Part shown: piece after piece, positions 18,230-28,124 of the stretch
Layout: the number at the start of each line of letters is the position of its first letter
Position numbering within the stretch: position 1 is the first letter of the stretch
Source: a virus
Strand: one strand, 5' to 3'
DNA: 64,000 nt
IMG/VR virus record: IMGVR_UViG_3300005537_000023
Coordinates: 1-64,000 of that record
The notes under the pieces: generated by a model
Told to the model about the DNA's origin: nothing
Databases searched by the model: none
The model's input: the letters and a program-made list of their open reading frames with translations, nothing else
Program-made: the position numbers and the translations under genes

Positions 18230-19137
18230 AACCGCTTGAATGGCTCGCGCTCGCGGCACTCGGCGTCGTCGGCTACTTCTTCTGGAGGAGCCGGCAGACG
18301 CAGACGACGAGTCCAGCGTGCCCCGCGCAGACGCAACTGGACGGCTGGCTTTCGGACATCGCCACAGGCAAGATGACGACGGACGACGCCAACAAGTTGG
18401 CGCAGTCCTACGCCGGCGCGACGCCCCCGTGCACCGACGCCGTCTCTGCCATCAACGCGGCGATCGCGGCGAAGGGCGGGATCGTCAAGGCATCCTCGCT
18501 GGCGCCAATTCACAGCGCCGCGCCGCTGGGTAAGGCCCCGCCGCCGCCAGGTGGTGTGCTGTACACGCCGCCTGGCACCCTTGTGCCGCACAGCCTGACG
18601 GATGCAGAGGCCGCCGAATTCTTCGGCGACTTCGCGGACACGGCAGGATTCCCCGGGCTGCTGACGGACTTCCTCGCGGCGAATCCAAAGCTTGCCGTGT
18701 ACGCGCCGCCGGGCGGATGGCCGCCCAACACCTCGTTTCGCTACACCTACAGCGATTCCGGCACCACGGCCTACCCGGCCGGGCATGCCACGACGTTCGT
18801 TCCAACCGGCCGATTCGGCCCCGGCGACGTCCCCACGTACACGAGCACCAACCCGGCGATCACAGGCGAATGGACCTTTGCCGCGTGGGACCAGTACACC
18901 AACGACGCGCCCGGCGGTGGATACCAGCCGGCCCGAGACGCATCCGGCAAGCCCATCGCCCCGGACCCCACGCCGGCAACGTCAAGCAGCGGGCAGCGCC
19001 TCAACAACTTGGGCGTGTGGATTTGGGAGCCTGGCACCCAGGTGATGATCAAAAACAACTCGCCCGCCGCCGCATCCACCGCCGGGGTGGGCTTTGCGCC
19101 CCCGCCTCTTCTACTCGCCGCGGAGCCCTGGCAATGA
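18226..19137 (+). CDS. membrane-anchored virion protein
   Basis: N-terminal TM; Pro/Thr-rich; C-terminal STAGVG and PLLLAA. Confidence 0.7.
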   Translation: MKPLEWLALAALGVVGYFFWRSRQTQTTSPACPAQTQLDGWLSDIATGKMTTDDANKLAQSYAGATPPCTDAVSAINAAIAAKGGIVKASSLAPIHSAAPLGKAPPPPGGVLYTPPGTLVPHSLTDAEAAEFFGDFADTAGFPGLLTDFLAANPKLAVYAPPGGWPPNTSFRYTYSDSGTTAYPAGHATTFVPTGRFGPGDVPTYTSTNPAITGEWTFAAWDQYTNDAPGGGYQPARDASGKPIAPDPTPATSSSGQRLNNLGVWIWEPGTQVMIKNNSPAAASTAGVGFAPPPLLLAAEPWQ

Positions 19138-19562
19138 CGCGCGCCCTCATCCCCATCCCCGGCAAGGGCACCGCCCTCGCCGAAGTCGACGTCTACCAGG
19201 ACGGCGAAGGCGGCGTTGTCGTCCGTGGCCGCGTCGCACACTCGCGCCAGGTGCCGCACGGGCAGGTGACGACGCTCGGCCAATTCGAGACGCGCTTTAC
19301 CACCATGGAAGCGTACAACTGGACGAAGGCGCGTGCGTTTGAACGCAACCCGGCGCTGTACTCACGCGTCGTTGGCATCCTCGGTGTGGATGACGACGCG
19401 AGCCGAGCGCCCATGCTCCCGCGACTTCCTCCGCGCCGTCCGCTTCACGAGGTGGACGACGAAGGCGCGATCGTGGCCGAAGTGAAGGATGCCGAATCGC
19501 GAAACGCAGTAGCAGGCGCTCCACTTCTGCTCGCGGCGAATGATGACGATGGGAGGCGCTAA
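19134..19562 (+). CDS. virion-associated hypothetical protein
   Basis: coupled; C-terminal VAG and PLLLAA shared with the upstream gene. Confidence 0.6.
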   Translation: MTRALIPIPGKGTALAEVDVYQDGEGGVVVRGRVAHSRQVPHGQVTTLGQFETRFTTMEAYNWTKARAFERNPALYSRVVGILGVDDDASRAPMLPRLPPRRPLHEVDDEGAIVAEVKDAESRNAVAGAPLLLAANDDDGRR

Positions 19563-20243
19563 GTGCCGTCTCCCGCCGCACGACTGAACCACCTCGGCGG
19601 AGGTGCGCAGAGCAATCTCGGCCCGAAGGCTGAGAGGCAGTTCATTGCGCGCGTGTGTCAGTCGCGCTGCCGTGACGAGTCGTACGGCCTCGTGTGCAGC
19701 GTCAACGTCAAGCTCAGTGGCAGCGTTGCGGACGTGGCCGCAAACGACATCTCATCGGCCTTCCTCGAAGTGGACTTTGGTGGCGGCGACTCCGACGAGT
19801 CGGCGTTCGCCATGGACTTGATCAACGGAACCTCGTTCCCCGCCATCGGCGGGTGCAACGTCTTCCTCAACTATCCGAAGACGGATGCGACGCAGCCCAA
19901 CATTGACGTCAGCGTGTCCGTTGGGAAGTATGAGGTTGGCGCGCAAGCCGCACTCGGCTGCCGACGCACGATCAAGGCGCGCACCGTCAACGGGACGAGC
20001 GCGATCCTGCCCATCCCCAAGTTCGCCGTCCAAGCCGTCTACGCCAACACAGCAATCGGCGTCGCTGCGGCGCAATTCGATCAACTCCGCGCGCCTGTCG
20101 TCGGCGCCGCCATCCTTTCCACACTCAACCTCGGAAAGACGCAGGCCACTAGCGTCCCGATTATCAACGGCGCGCGCGGATTCCAACTCACCGTTGCCAA
20201 CTCCACCGGCGATGCCGTCATCTTCAACCTGAGCCCCGCCTAA
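19563..20243 (+). CDS. beta-rich minor capsid/vertex-like protein, paralog A
   Basis: highly similar to 20243-20977. Confidence 0.7.
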   Translation: MPSPAARLNHLGGGAQSNLGPKAERQFIARVCQSRCRDESYGLVCSVNVKLSGSVADVAANDISSAFLEVDFGGGDSDESAFAMDLINGTSFPAIGGCNVFLNYPKTDATQPNIDVSVSVGKYEVGAQAALGCRRTIKARTVNGTSAILPIPKFAVQAVYANTAIGVAAAQFDQLRAPVVGAAILSTLNLGKTQATSVPIINGARGFQLTVANSTGDAVIFNLSPA

Positions 20244-20977
20244 TGCCCCCCGCGATCTCCCGAGTCAACCACCGCGGCGGTGCTGCCCAGTCGAACCTTG
20301 GGCCGAAGGCGGAGCGTCAATTCATCGGCCGCGTCTGCACGTCCAACAGCGACACCGGGGCGGCCAACTACGAGTCCATTGGCCTCGTCTGCTCCGTCAA
20401 CGTCAAGCCCAGCACGGGCCTCACTGGCTTCGTGGACGCGGCCAACGTGGACATCTCGGACGCCTTCCTCACGATCGAATTCGGCGGCGGTGACAGCGAT
20501 CTGTCCGTCTTCGACATGGACTTGGTCGACGGGGTGAGTTTCCCTGCGATCGGCCAGATCAACGTCTTTCTCAACTACCCCATCCTCGTCCAGAATCCGC
20601 AGTCGCCGGTGGTCCAACCGCCGCTCGACATCTCGATCAGCGTGGGCAAGGGCTGCGTCGGTGCACAGGCGGCCCTCGGGTGCAGGCGGACGATCAAAGT
20701 GGGCGGACTCGGAAACAACGCCGCGAGCAACGTGCTGCCGATCCCCAAATTCGCCGTGCAGGCGATCTATGCGAACACGACGATCGGCGTCGCCACCGCG
20801 CAATTCGATCAAACCATCTCGACCGCAAACGGCTCCGCCGTCATCTCGACCATTTTGCTTGGGAAGACGCAGGCGTCGTGTGTCCCGATCATCAACGGGG
20901 CGCGCGGTTTCATCGTGACGTCCACGCAGGGCGCCACGACAGGAAATGCTATCATCTTCGAGTTGTCCCCCGCATAA
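20243..20977 (+). CDS. beta-rich minor capsid/vertex-like protein, paralog B
   Basis: shares AQSNLGPKAERQFI, GLVCSVNVK, VGAQAALGCRRTIK, PIPKFAVQA, PIINGARGF and LSPA*. Confidence 0.7.
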   Translation: MPPAISRVNHRGGAAQSNLGPKAERQFIGRVCTSNSDTGAANYESIGLVCSVNVKPSTGLTGFVDAANVDISDAFLTIEFGGGDSDLSVFDMDLVDGVSFPAIGQINVFLNYPILVQNPQSPVVQPPLDISISVGKGCVGAQAALGCRRTIKVGGLGNNAASNVLPIPKFAVQAIYANTTIGVATAQFDQTISTANGSAVISTILLGKTQASCVPIINGARGFIVTSTQGATTGNAIIFELSPA

Positions 20978-20991
20978 AGGAGATTCACGTC

Positions 20992-22101
20992 ATGGCCTTG
21001 TCTACTGGTGCAAAGATCGCGATCGGCGGAGCCGCGGCGCTCGCCGCGTACTTCCTGCTCGCCGGCACCTCCAAGGCCGCAACGGTGGATCCTCACGTTG
21101 CCGGCCAGTCAGCCGGCTGTGCGGACGGCAAGCGAGACGCACTCGCCGGCCAGGATCCCCTCGGCGCCGCCGACGTCACGGGATCGGCGACGATCACCGC
21201 GCAGGCCAACGCCAGCGGCGATCCCGTCGCGTACCTCGATGGGTACATGAGTGGCTACAACCAGTGCTACTCGGCCAACAAGCCAGCGGCGCCCGTTGGC
21301 CCGTCCAAGGGGCCGGCCGCGAAGAAGCCGACGGGGCCGAGTGCCCCGCCTGGTGCAGACAAGCCCGGCGCGATGGACGCGTATGGCAAGGGCTGCTTTC
21401 AGGGCGCGAAAGACGGCTACAACGACGGCCTCGGCGGCAACAGCAGTCGACCGCATCCGTCGGACTACGCCAGTGGCAACCCCACGGCATTCGCCGCCGG
21501 CTATCGTCGCGCGTACTCCACGGCGTACAGCAACGGGAACTTCGGCTATCAGGCCGCGATCGATGCCGGCTTCCCGCCGGATGAGGCCGCGTCCACCGCG
21601 CTCGGCGCTGCCGATCCGACGTACCCGGACACCGTGGCCTCGGGCTGCGATGGGTACTTCGACGGCTGGTGGAGCGCGACGACGGGCACCGGCGGCATCG
21701 AGGGCTTCTTCCAGAAGATTGAGGTGGGCGGGATCGCTCTCGTGGGCATGCGTCGTCCTCGCATGGTGGTGCAGCGACTGGCGCCGCAACCGCTTGGATC
21801 CACCGCATGCCGTAAGGGTGCCGCGGATGGATGGCGGTACGGGTGGGATCACGGCGACGCCAGCAGTATGGCCGGCACCGTTGGGAGCGATGACTACGCG
21901 CGCGCATTCAGGCTCGCGTCCAAGGAAGCCGCCAGCGTCGTTGCGAGCAACCCAATGCTTCCTGGCACCCCCCCGCCCATTCCGATGGACGTCCTGAATC
22001 GAGTGCTTGCTCAGTGCAGCACGCTCGGCACCGTCGCCCCTCATCCGCTCGGCTGGCCTGCGCCCCCGCCGGGATCGTCCCGCATCTACCGGAGCTATTG
22101 A
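20992..22101 (+). CDS. membrane-anchored protein with GxxxG(Y) helical repeats
   Basis: SD AAGGAG; N-terminal TM; YLDGYMSGY, KGCFQGAKDGYNDG. Confidence 0.7.
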   Translation: MALSTGAKIAIGGAAALAAYFLLAGTSKAATVDPHVAGQSAGCADGKRDALAGQDPLGAADVTGSATITAQANASGDPVAYLDGYMSGYNQCYSANKPAAPVGPSKGPAAKKPTGPSAPPGADKPGAMDAYGKGCFQGAKDGYNDGLGGNSSRPHPSDYASGNPTAFAAGYRRAYSTAYSNGNFGYQAAIDAGFPPDEAASTALGAADPTYPDTVASGCDGYFDGWWSATTGTGGIEGFFQKIEVGGIALVGMRRPRMVVQRLAPQPLGSTACRKGAADGWRYGWDHGDASSMAGTVGSDDYARAFRLASKEAASVVASNPMLPGTPPPIPMDVLNRVLAQCSTLGTVAPHPLGWPAPPPGSSRIYRSY

Positions 22102-22103
22102 TC

Positions 22104-22766
22104 ATGTCGACCAAGATCCTTTCGTTTCGTCCCCGCGCTGCCCTTCTGCCCGTGCCGCAGCCGAAGCCGCTTGTTCGCGTTGGGGCAACCGCTCCGGCGC
22201 CCGGCCCTTCGATGACGGATCAGGCCCTCACCACGATCGGTGGCCCCAACTACTCCACGGAGGTGACGCTTGGCACCGCGGCCGGCGCCGTTGCCGGCTT
22301 CTTCGGCGGCGGCTGGCTGTGGAGCCTCCTCGGCGGCATCGGCGCGAACCTCGGCGGCCGGTACTTCGCGCAATCGCAGTGCGCGAAGAACGGCGGCGCG
22401 AAGTGCGCAACCCAGCCCGCGCAGGGTGGCTCGGCGCCGGCCGGAAGCGGCGGATCGATCGCCAAGGCGGCGGACGGATCCATGTCCATCTCTGTCGATC
22501 CGATGGTGGACGCCGTATTCTCGGACAACACCACGGCGCCCGTCCCAGCCGGCGCTGTCCTCGCTGGCCGCACGGCGCATCTGCTGACGCCGTCGGGCTT
22601 CGGCCTCGATGCACTCGTCGTCGGCTATGACAACTCCTCGGATGGCGTTGCGCTGCAACTCGCGAAGCTGCCCGACGGCACGCCGACGCCCCTGATCGCC
22701 CTCCTCGGTGGTGGCGGCCCGTCCACCTTCGCCATCCACCGCAGCAAACTGCAATCGGTTGCGTGA
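22104..22766 (+). CDS. leader-bearing membrane protein
   Basis: ILSFRPR...VRVG|A leader, then glycine-zipper TMs. Confidence 0.7.
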   Translation: MSTKILSFRPRAALLPVPQPKPLVRVGATAPAPGPSMTDQALTTIGGPNYSTEVTLGTAAGAVAGFFGGGWLWSLLGGIGANLGGRYFAQSQCAKNGGAKCATQPAQGGSAPAGSGGSIAKAADGSMSISVDPMVDAVFSDNTTAPVPAGAVLAGRTAHLLTPSGFGLDALVVGYDNSSDGVALQLAKLPDGTPTPLIALLGGGGPSTFAIHRSKLQSVA

Positions 22767-22972
22767 TGGGCTTCGTCACCGTTCGGCCGCGCCTATGTCT
22801 CACGCAGTCACCGCCGCCGGTGGTGAGGGTGGGAGACATGAGCTACGACAACACCAAGTCGCAGGTGCCGGCCGCGGGAGACTCCTCGTGGTGGATGCCG
22901 CTGGCTGCCGTAGGCCTGATCGGCGTCATCGTCCTCTTCGTCGTCTACGGCCACAAGTCAGGATGGACGTGA
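22766..22972 (+). CDS. leader-bearing small membrane protein
   Basis: FVTVRPRL...VRVG|D; C-terminal TM. Confidence 0.7.
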   Translation: MGFVTVRPRLCLTQSPPPVVRVGDMSYDNTKSQVPAAGDSSWWMPLAAVGLIGVIVLFVVYGHKSGWT

Positions 22973-23256
22973 TGCAATTCCTATCCACGAGGCCTCGCCT
23001 GGCGATTGCGGCGCCGACGCCGCGCGCAACCGTTCGCGTCGGCGCAATGGATCCGGTGCTGGCGGTAGAAACCTTCTACAGCGATCAGTGGTCGCGGCGT
23101 ACCGTCGGCAGCTACGCACTGATCGGCGGCATCCTCGGCGGTGGAGCCATCGCTGGATACCTCCTCGGGGGTAGCGTGGGGTGGGCGATCGGTGGTGCCG
23201 CGATCACTGGCGTGGCCGTGCCGGCCGCGATTGTGTATCTCGGATCCGCGAAATGA
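22972..23256 (+). CDS. leader-bearing small membrane protein
   Basis: FLSTRPRL...VRVG|A; two Gly-rich TMs. Confidence 0.7.
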   Translation: MQFLSTRPRLAIAAPTPRATVRVGAMDPVLAVETFYSDQWSRRTVGSYALIGGILGGGAIAGYLLGGSVGWAIGGAAITGVAVPAAIVYLGSAK

Positions 23257-23262
23257 GACGCG

Positions 23263-24696
23263 ATGCTTTCCATCCGCCCCCGCGCAACCGTCACCGTCAA
23301 GCGCCGCGTGTCCGTCGGCGCGGCGGGGTGCAACTGCGGCAGCAGTAGCGCCGTCAACGTCATGCGCGCGCTCGGCATGACGACGGCGGCGAGGATGCAC
23401 GGGAAGACGGCCAAGGCGTCGGAGTGGACGGCGGACGATTGGCGGAAGCACATTGCCGAGGAAAGGACGATCCTTTTCCCGGCGCTGCTCGCCGTGGGTG
23501 CGCCAGCGGACGTCATCGCGTCCCTAGACATCGATCACTCGCTGTACCTCGCCCTCCTCGACGCGGGCCACCCGCTGCCCACGGGCGCGATGGCGCACTC
23601 GGTCGACCGGCATGGGAAGATCGAGGACGAGTTGGTGGAGAAGTACGCCAAGGCGCTGCTTGCGCGCGCGGGCAAGACGTCCGTGTCGGGCGCCGATCAC
23701 GCCCTAGTGGTCGTTGCGCCGGAATCGGCATTTTCCGACAGCGCAATCACCAACTACATCGGTTCGCTACAGGATGTTATCGACGCCTCGATCACGACGG
23801 ACGAGGACGACGCGAAGGCGAAGACGGCGGACGCGCGGAAGAAGTACACCGGATGGGCTAGTTCGGTGGCCGGCTTCGCAGGTGGCCCGGCCGCCGCCAA
23901 GGTTGCCGGGGACTGGGCAGGGACTGTCTTCGACGCTGGCCGGTGGATCGCCTCTACATTCGGGCCTGACGATCTGAAAGACGCCAACACCGACGATCAG
24001 AAATCTCGGATGCGCGATCGCGTAACCGTCATGCTGAAAAAGGGCCTGCCGCCGCACGGCTTCGATGCCGGCGAGGAGATGGGGGCCAGGGACGTGGCAG
24101 ACGTCATTGATGACGATCTGTCCATCGTTGCCGCCGTCTCGCCTCATGGCGAGGGCGACGCCATCGCGGCAGCAATCACCAACGCGTTGAAGGGCCAGGG
24201 TGATGCGTCCGCCGCAGTGGCCAAACTGTTCGCCGCGCTGGCCATCGTGCGCACCGACACGCGGCGCACGATGTGGGGCGGCGCCACCGCGACGTACCTT
24301 ATCGATCAGGCCGGCAAGATGAGGCCCGGCACGGACGATTGGCAAGTCACCCACCCCGAGGTGGAGATTGTGGCGGCCGCGTTTGCGGCCAACCGGCACA
24401 TCCCATTGGCCACAGCGATCAGCGCCGCCTATGACGCGCTGAATACGTACGCGTCCCGGCGGAATCTGACCAACCGAAACGATTTTCTTGGGCCCGCCTA
24501 CCACCCGCGCGATCCGCAAGTGACGGACGACATTGCGCGGTGGTACAACAAGTACGGCCGCGCGGACGCAATCATCGACGTGTGGGACACGCTGTCCATG
24601 CGATTCCCCGCCAAAGCATCGGCGGCGGCAACCTCCGCGGCCGGATACCTCGCTGCCCTCGCCCTCGCCGGGTACCTCGCATGGAGGCTCGCATGA
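23263..24696 (+). CDS. leader-bearing protein with hemerythrin-like N-domain and C-terminal TM
   Basis: LSIRPR...VSVG|A; HIAEE..ILFP...DH...RHGKIED. Confidence 0.7.
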   Translation: MLSIRPRATVTVKRRVSVGAAGCNCGSSSAVNVMRALGMTTAARMHGKTAKASEWTADDWRKHIAEERTILFPALLAVGAPADVIASLDIDHSLYLALLDAGHPLPTGAMAHSVDRHGKIEDELVEKYAKALLARAGKTSVSGADHALVVVAPESAFSDSAITNYIGSLQDVIDASITTDEDDAKAKTADARKKYTGWASSVAGFAGGPAAAKVAGDWAGTVFDAGRWIASTFGPDDLKDANTDDQKSRMRDRVTVMLKKGLPPHGFDAGEEMGARDVADVIDDDLSIVAAVSPHGEGDAIAAAITNALKGQGDASAAVAKLFAALAIVRTDTRRTMWGGATATYLIDQAGKMRPGTDDWQVTHPEVEIVAAAFAANRHIPLATAISAAYDALNTYASRRNLTNRNDFLGPAYHPRDPQVTDDIARWYNKYGRADAIIDVWDTLSMRFPAKASAAATSAAGYLAALALAGYLAWRLA

Positions 24697-24911
24697 GCAA
24701 AGCCTACAAGTGCGACGGCTGCGAAGGCTTTTTCGACGGCGAGCCCACCGGCGGCGTTGTCACGCGCGATGGCGTCAAGGAGTGCTGCTCGCCGGAATGT
24801 TTCCTGACGCTCCAGAAACGCATTGACGTTTGCACGCTTGGGGAGTTGGATGAGCTTCGCCGCCGCGACACTCTTCCGGCGCCGCCTGACTCGGACAAGA
24901 AAGCGAACTAG
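24693..24911 (+). CDS. Zn-finger protein
   Basis: CDGC...CCSPEC. Confidence 0.55.
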   Translation: MSKAYKCDGCEGFFDGEPTGGVVTRDGVKECCSPECFLTLQKRIDVCTLGELDELRRRDTLPAPPDSDKKAN

Positions 24912-24915
24912 ACAC

Positions 24916-25191
24916 ATGAAAAGCGCCATCAAACTTTGCGTCATCCTTCCGTTTTTCGCCATCGGTTGCCAGTCGTGGGCGCAGAGCCATCCCCAAGAGG
25001 TGACGGACGCGAAGGATCTCACCGTGTGCATCTTCGAGGGCGCGATCAGCGGGCTTTCCCCCGAGGTGATCGCCGTGAAGTGCGGCGGTCTTGCGGTGGA
25101 AGACGTGCTGACGATCCTCAGCGAGGGCGACAAGTTCGCGCAGTACAAGGCGGCGCGAGAGAAGTCGGCCGTGGACAAGGCGGCGCCGTAG
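24916..25191 (+). CDS. putative lipoprotein
   Basis: MKSAIK-hydrophobic-FAIG|C lipobox. Confidence 0.6.
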   Translation: MKSAIKLCVILPFFAIGCQSWAQSHPQEVTDAKDLTVCIFEGAISGLSPEVIAVKCGGLAVEDVLTILSEGDKFAQYKAAREKSAVDKAAP

Positions 25192-25193
25192 CC

Positions 25194-26996
25194 ATGCGCT
25201 TCTACGTCGCCAGCGCCTCCACCCTCATCATCGATCCGGCCGCGTTGCCGATGATCGTGCAGGCGGTGGACCGGCAACTGATCGACGATGCTGGACCCGC
25301 GTGGGGCCATTACGGCAACGTCTTCTTCGTCGAGTCCGTGAGTGACATTCCGAAGGACGCCGTGCCGATTGTCGTTTACGACGACGCCGATCAAGCCGGC
25401 GCGCTAGGCTGGCACACGGAGGAGTTGGGCGTCTTCTTCGGACGTATTTTCGTCCGCCCCGTGCTGGACAACGGCGGCGATCTCTACTCCAACCCGGCGC
25501 TCTCGCTCTCGTCCGTCATCTCGCACGAGGTGTTGGAGACGCTGATCGATCCCACAGTGAGCGATTGGAGCCAGCGGGCGGATGGGACGTTGGTGGCGAG
25601 TGAGGTGTGCCTTACTGGTGACACGGAAATCCCTCTACTGGACGGCACCGCGAGAACGATCGAGAGTCTCAGCGGCGAGCAATCATTTTGGGTATACAGC
25701 TGCACGCCTGACGGGCGAATAGTCCCGGGCAAGGGCCACTCGGCACGAAAAACCAGGGAGAACGCCGAGATCGTTGAGGTTGAGTTGGATAACGGCGCCA
25801 CCGTAAAGTGTACCGCGGACCATCCGTTCATGCTGCGCGATGGAAGTTACGCGCTGGCCGGGAGTCTTGGACCTGGCACATCTCTGATGCCGCTGTACCG
25901 GCGCAAGCAGAAGATAACCGGCGGCAACGACTATGAGCAGGTACTCGTCCCGTCGACGGAGACGTGGGAGTTTACCCACCGCATCACCTCGGATGAATGC
26001 CCGCGCGGCTACGTCAGGCATCACGTTGACTTCAACCGATTCAACAATGAGCCTACGAATCTCCGAGTGATGCGTGCCAACGAACACATCGCACTGCACG
26101 GAAACTACGCCAAGCATCTCTGGGAGCTTGGAAAGCATGGCTGGTTGAAACCGGCTAGCCCGGAAAAGAAGGCGCGCGACGCGGCGAGATTTGCAGCGTA
26201 CAACAAGACTCAGAAGCACAGAGACGAGGTACGCGAGGTGGGCAGGAAGGCCATGCGCGCGCTGTGGGAGAAGCCTGGGTTCAGGGAGCACCACTCCGCG
26301 CGCGGCCGACGAATCATGGACGCGTACAATGCTTCGGAGGCGCAGGCGGCGGCGCACGCTAGATTCCTGGCGGATCCGGAACGACGGGCGGCGTGGAGAG
26401 CCAACATCGCGCGGTCGCAGAATGCACCGCATCTGAAAAAACTGCACTCGGAAACAGGGAAGCGGGTGCAGGGACAGCGCAGTCCAGAGTACAAGAGCCG
26501 ACTGAGTCAGTTTGCAATGCATACCAGGTGGCATGAGCGTGGTAACCGAACGTCGGATAAATGCGAATTCTGCAAGATCGCGGCGTCTCCGCTAACGAAT
26601 CACAAGGTTGTGGCGGTTCGCAAAGCTGGCAGATCCGACGTATGGGACATCACGGTTGACGTGCACAACAACTTCGCCGTAAGCGCCGGCGTTTTCGTCC
26701 ACAACTGCGATCCAGTCGAAAGCGACGCATACCCCATCGCCGTCCTCGACAAGCCAGTGATGGTGTCCAACTTCGTCCTCCCCGCGTGGTTCGACGCGCA
26801 GGCATCGCAAGGGCCGTTCGACAAGATGGGCAAGCTCACCGCGCCTTTCACGATGACGCCCGGTGGCTACCTCGTGACGATGGTGGCCGGCCCTTCGTCC
26901 GAAGAAGGCGCGCGGCAGGTGGGCAGGCAACAGGCGCGCGCGGCGGCAGGACGCAGCGGCAAGCGGCGCAGCAGTGGCCGCATGACGTGGACGTGA
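25194..26996 (+). CDS. zincin-like metallopeptidase containing an intein
   Basis: LGWH...SHEVLETLIDP...EV[intein]CDPVE...VSNFVLPAWF. Confidence 0.8.
   Translation: MRFYVASASTLIIDPAALPMIVQAVDRQLIDDAGPAWGHYGNVFFVESVSDIPKDAVPIVVYDDADQAGALGWHTEELGVFFGRIFVRPVLDNGGDLYSNPALSLSSVISHEVLETLIDPTVSDWSQRADGTLVASEVCLTGDTEIPLLDGTARTIESLSGEQSFWVYSCTPDGRIVPGKGHSARKTRENAEIVEVELDNGATVKCTADHPFMLRDGSYALAGSLGPGTSLMPLYRRKQKITGGNDYEQVLVPSTETWEFTHRITSDECPRGYVRHHVDFNRFNNEPTNLRVMRANEHIALHGNYAKHLWELGKHGWLKPASPEKKARDAARFAAYNKTQKHRDEVREVGRKAMRALWEKPGFREHHSARGRRIMDAYNASEAQAAAHARFLADPERRAAWRANIARSQNAPHLKKLHSETGKRVQGQRSPEYKSRLSQFAMHTRWHERGNRTSDKCEFCKIAASPLTNHKVVAVRKAGRSDVWDITVDVHNNFAVSAGVFVHNCDPVESDAYPIAVLDKPVMVSNFVLPAWFDAQASQGPFDKMGKLTAPFTMTPGGYLVTMVAGPSSEEGARQVGRQQARAAAGRSGKRRSSGRMTWT
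25608..26705 (+). mobile_element. intein (366 aa) with HNH homing endonuclease domain
   Basis: N-terminal CLTGDT, block B TADHPF, HHVDFNRFNNEPTNL, C-terminal VWDITV..HNNF...VHN followed by Cys+1. Confidence 0.95.
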
Positions 26997-26999
26997 CGC

Positions 27000-27692
27000 A
27001 TGGAGAGTTGGTGGGGCTACATCGGCGGCGCGGCGTTGACGCTCGCCATCTTCGCGTGGTGGCGAAAGGGCCATGCCTCGCCTGCGTCCGGCCCCGCGCT
27101 TGACACGAGCGGCGGAAAGGCGCCGCCATGGTGGACGCCCGCGGACTACAAGGCGCTCGCCGCGACGTCCGCGCGCCTAGGCATCAACCCGGCCAACCTT
27201 CTCGCCATCATGCGCAGCGAGTCCGGGCTCAACCCGTCGGCGATGTATCCAGGCGGCATCGCGCGCGGCCTCACACAAATCACTGAAGCCGGGCGCGCGT
27301 CCGCTGGCCTATCTGAGTCCGACTTCGAGGACTTCCAGAATTGGTCAATCCAAGAGCAGTTGCCGCGCATCGAGAAGTACATGCGGGAGGAGTTCGCTGG
27401 CTCGCCTCCGCAGACGGCTGGCGGCTTATACGCGTACAACTTCCTCCCTGCCTACGCGCGCGAAAAGGGCACGGCGCCGGATACGGTGCTCGCGAGCGTG
27501 GAGGACTTCCCCGCTGATTCCGCGCTGGACTATGACGACGACGGCCAGTACGAAGTACGCGATCTTTCCAACCGCCTCGCCCGCTACGGTGCGCGGAAGG
27601 ATGACGGCTCGCCTGTAGACACGCTCTACTTGGGCGCCTTGCAGGGCCTTCGCGACGCCACCGGGGATCAGTCCATCTCGCCGGTGTGGTAA
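27000..27692 (+). CDS. membrane-anchored lytic transglycosylase (SLT/lysozyme-like)
   Basis: N-terminal TM; LLAIMRSESGLNP...ARGLTQI. Confidence 0.85.
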   Translation: MESWWGYIGGAALTLAIFAWWRKGHASPASGPALDTSGGKAPPWWTPADYKALAATSARLGINPANLLAIMRSESGLNPSAMYPGGIARGLTQITEAGRASAGLSESDFEDFQNWSIQEQLPRIEKYMREEFAGSPPQTAGGLYAYNFLPAYAREKGTAPDTVLASVEDFPADSALDYDDDGQYEVRDLSNRLARYGARKDDGSPVDTLYLGALQGLRDATGDQSISPVW

Positions 27693-27701
27693 GAAAGGCG
27701 C

Positions 27702-28124
27702 ATGGAAACCATGTTCGCCATCCTTCTCCGCCTCGCTTCCATGGCCCCCGCCCACATCGCGCCGCAGACGGTGCCCGGCCTCATGTCCGATCTCGTCACC
27801 GCCACCGCCGACATGAGCGGCACCGTGGAAGAGATGGCACTCGCAGCTACCTTCGCGACGTGCGAGGGCGGCGGCCTGCAACACGTCATCGGCGACGGCG
27901 GCGCGGCGGTGGGCACGACGCAGCTTCACGAGGAGCACTGGCACGGCTACTCGCGCGCGGATGTCCTCGGCAGCCGCGTCCTCCAGATCGAGCTTTGGAT
28001 CCTGAGCCTGCGCGAAGCCACGGAGCGGTACGGCTCGACGGAGAAGGCGTTGCGCGCGATTGCCAGCGGATCGCCCAACGGTGCGAAGGCGTTGGTGCGG
28101 CGCCGGATGGCGGGGAAGTGCTGA
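27702..28124 (+). CDS. second lysozyme-like/SLT protein
   Basis: ATCEGG...GDGGAAVGTTQLH. Confidence 0.55.
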   Translation: METMFAILLRLASMAPAHIAPQTVPGLMSDLVTATADMSGTVEEMALAATFATCEGGGLQHVIGDGGAAVGTTQLHEEHWHGYSRADVLGSRVLQIELWILSLREATERYGSTEKALRAIASGSPNGAKALVRRRMAGKC

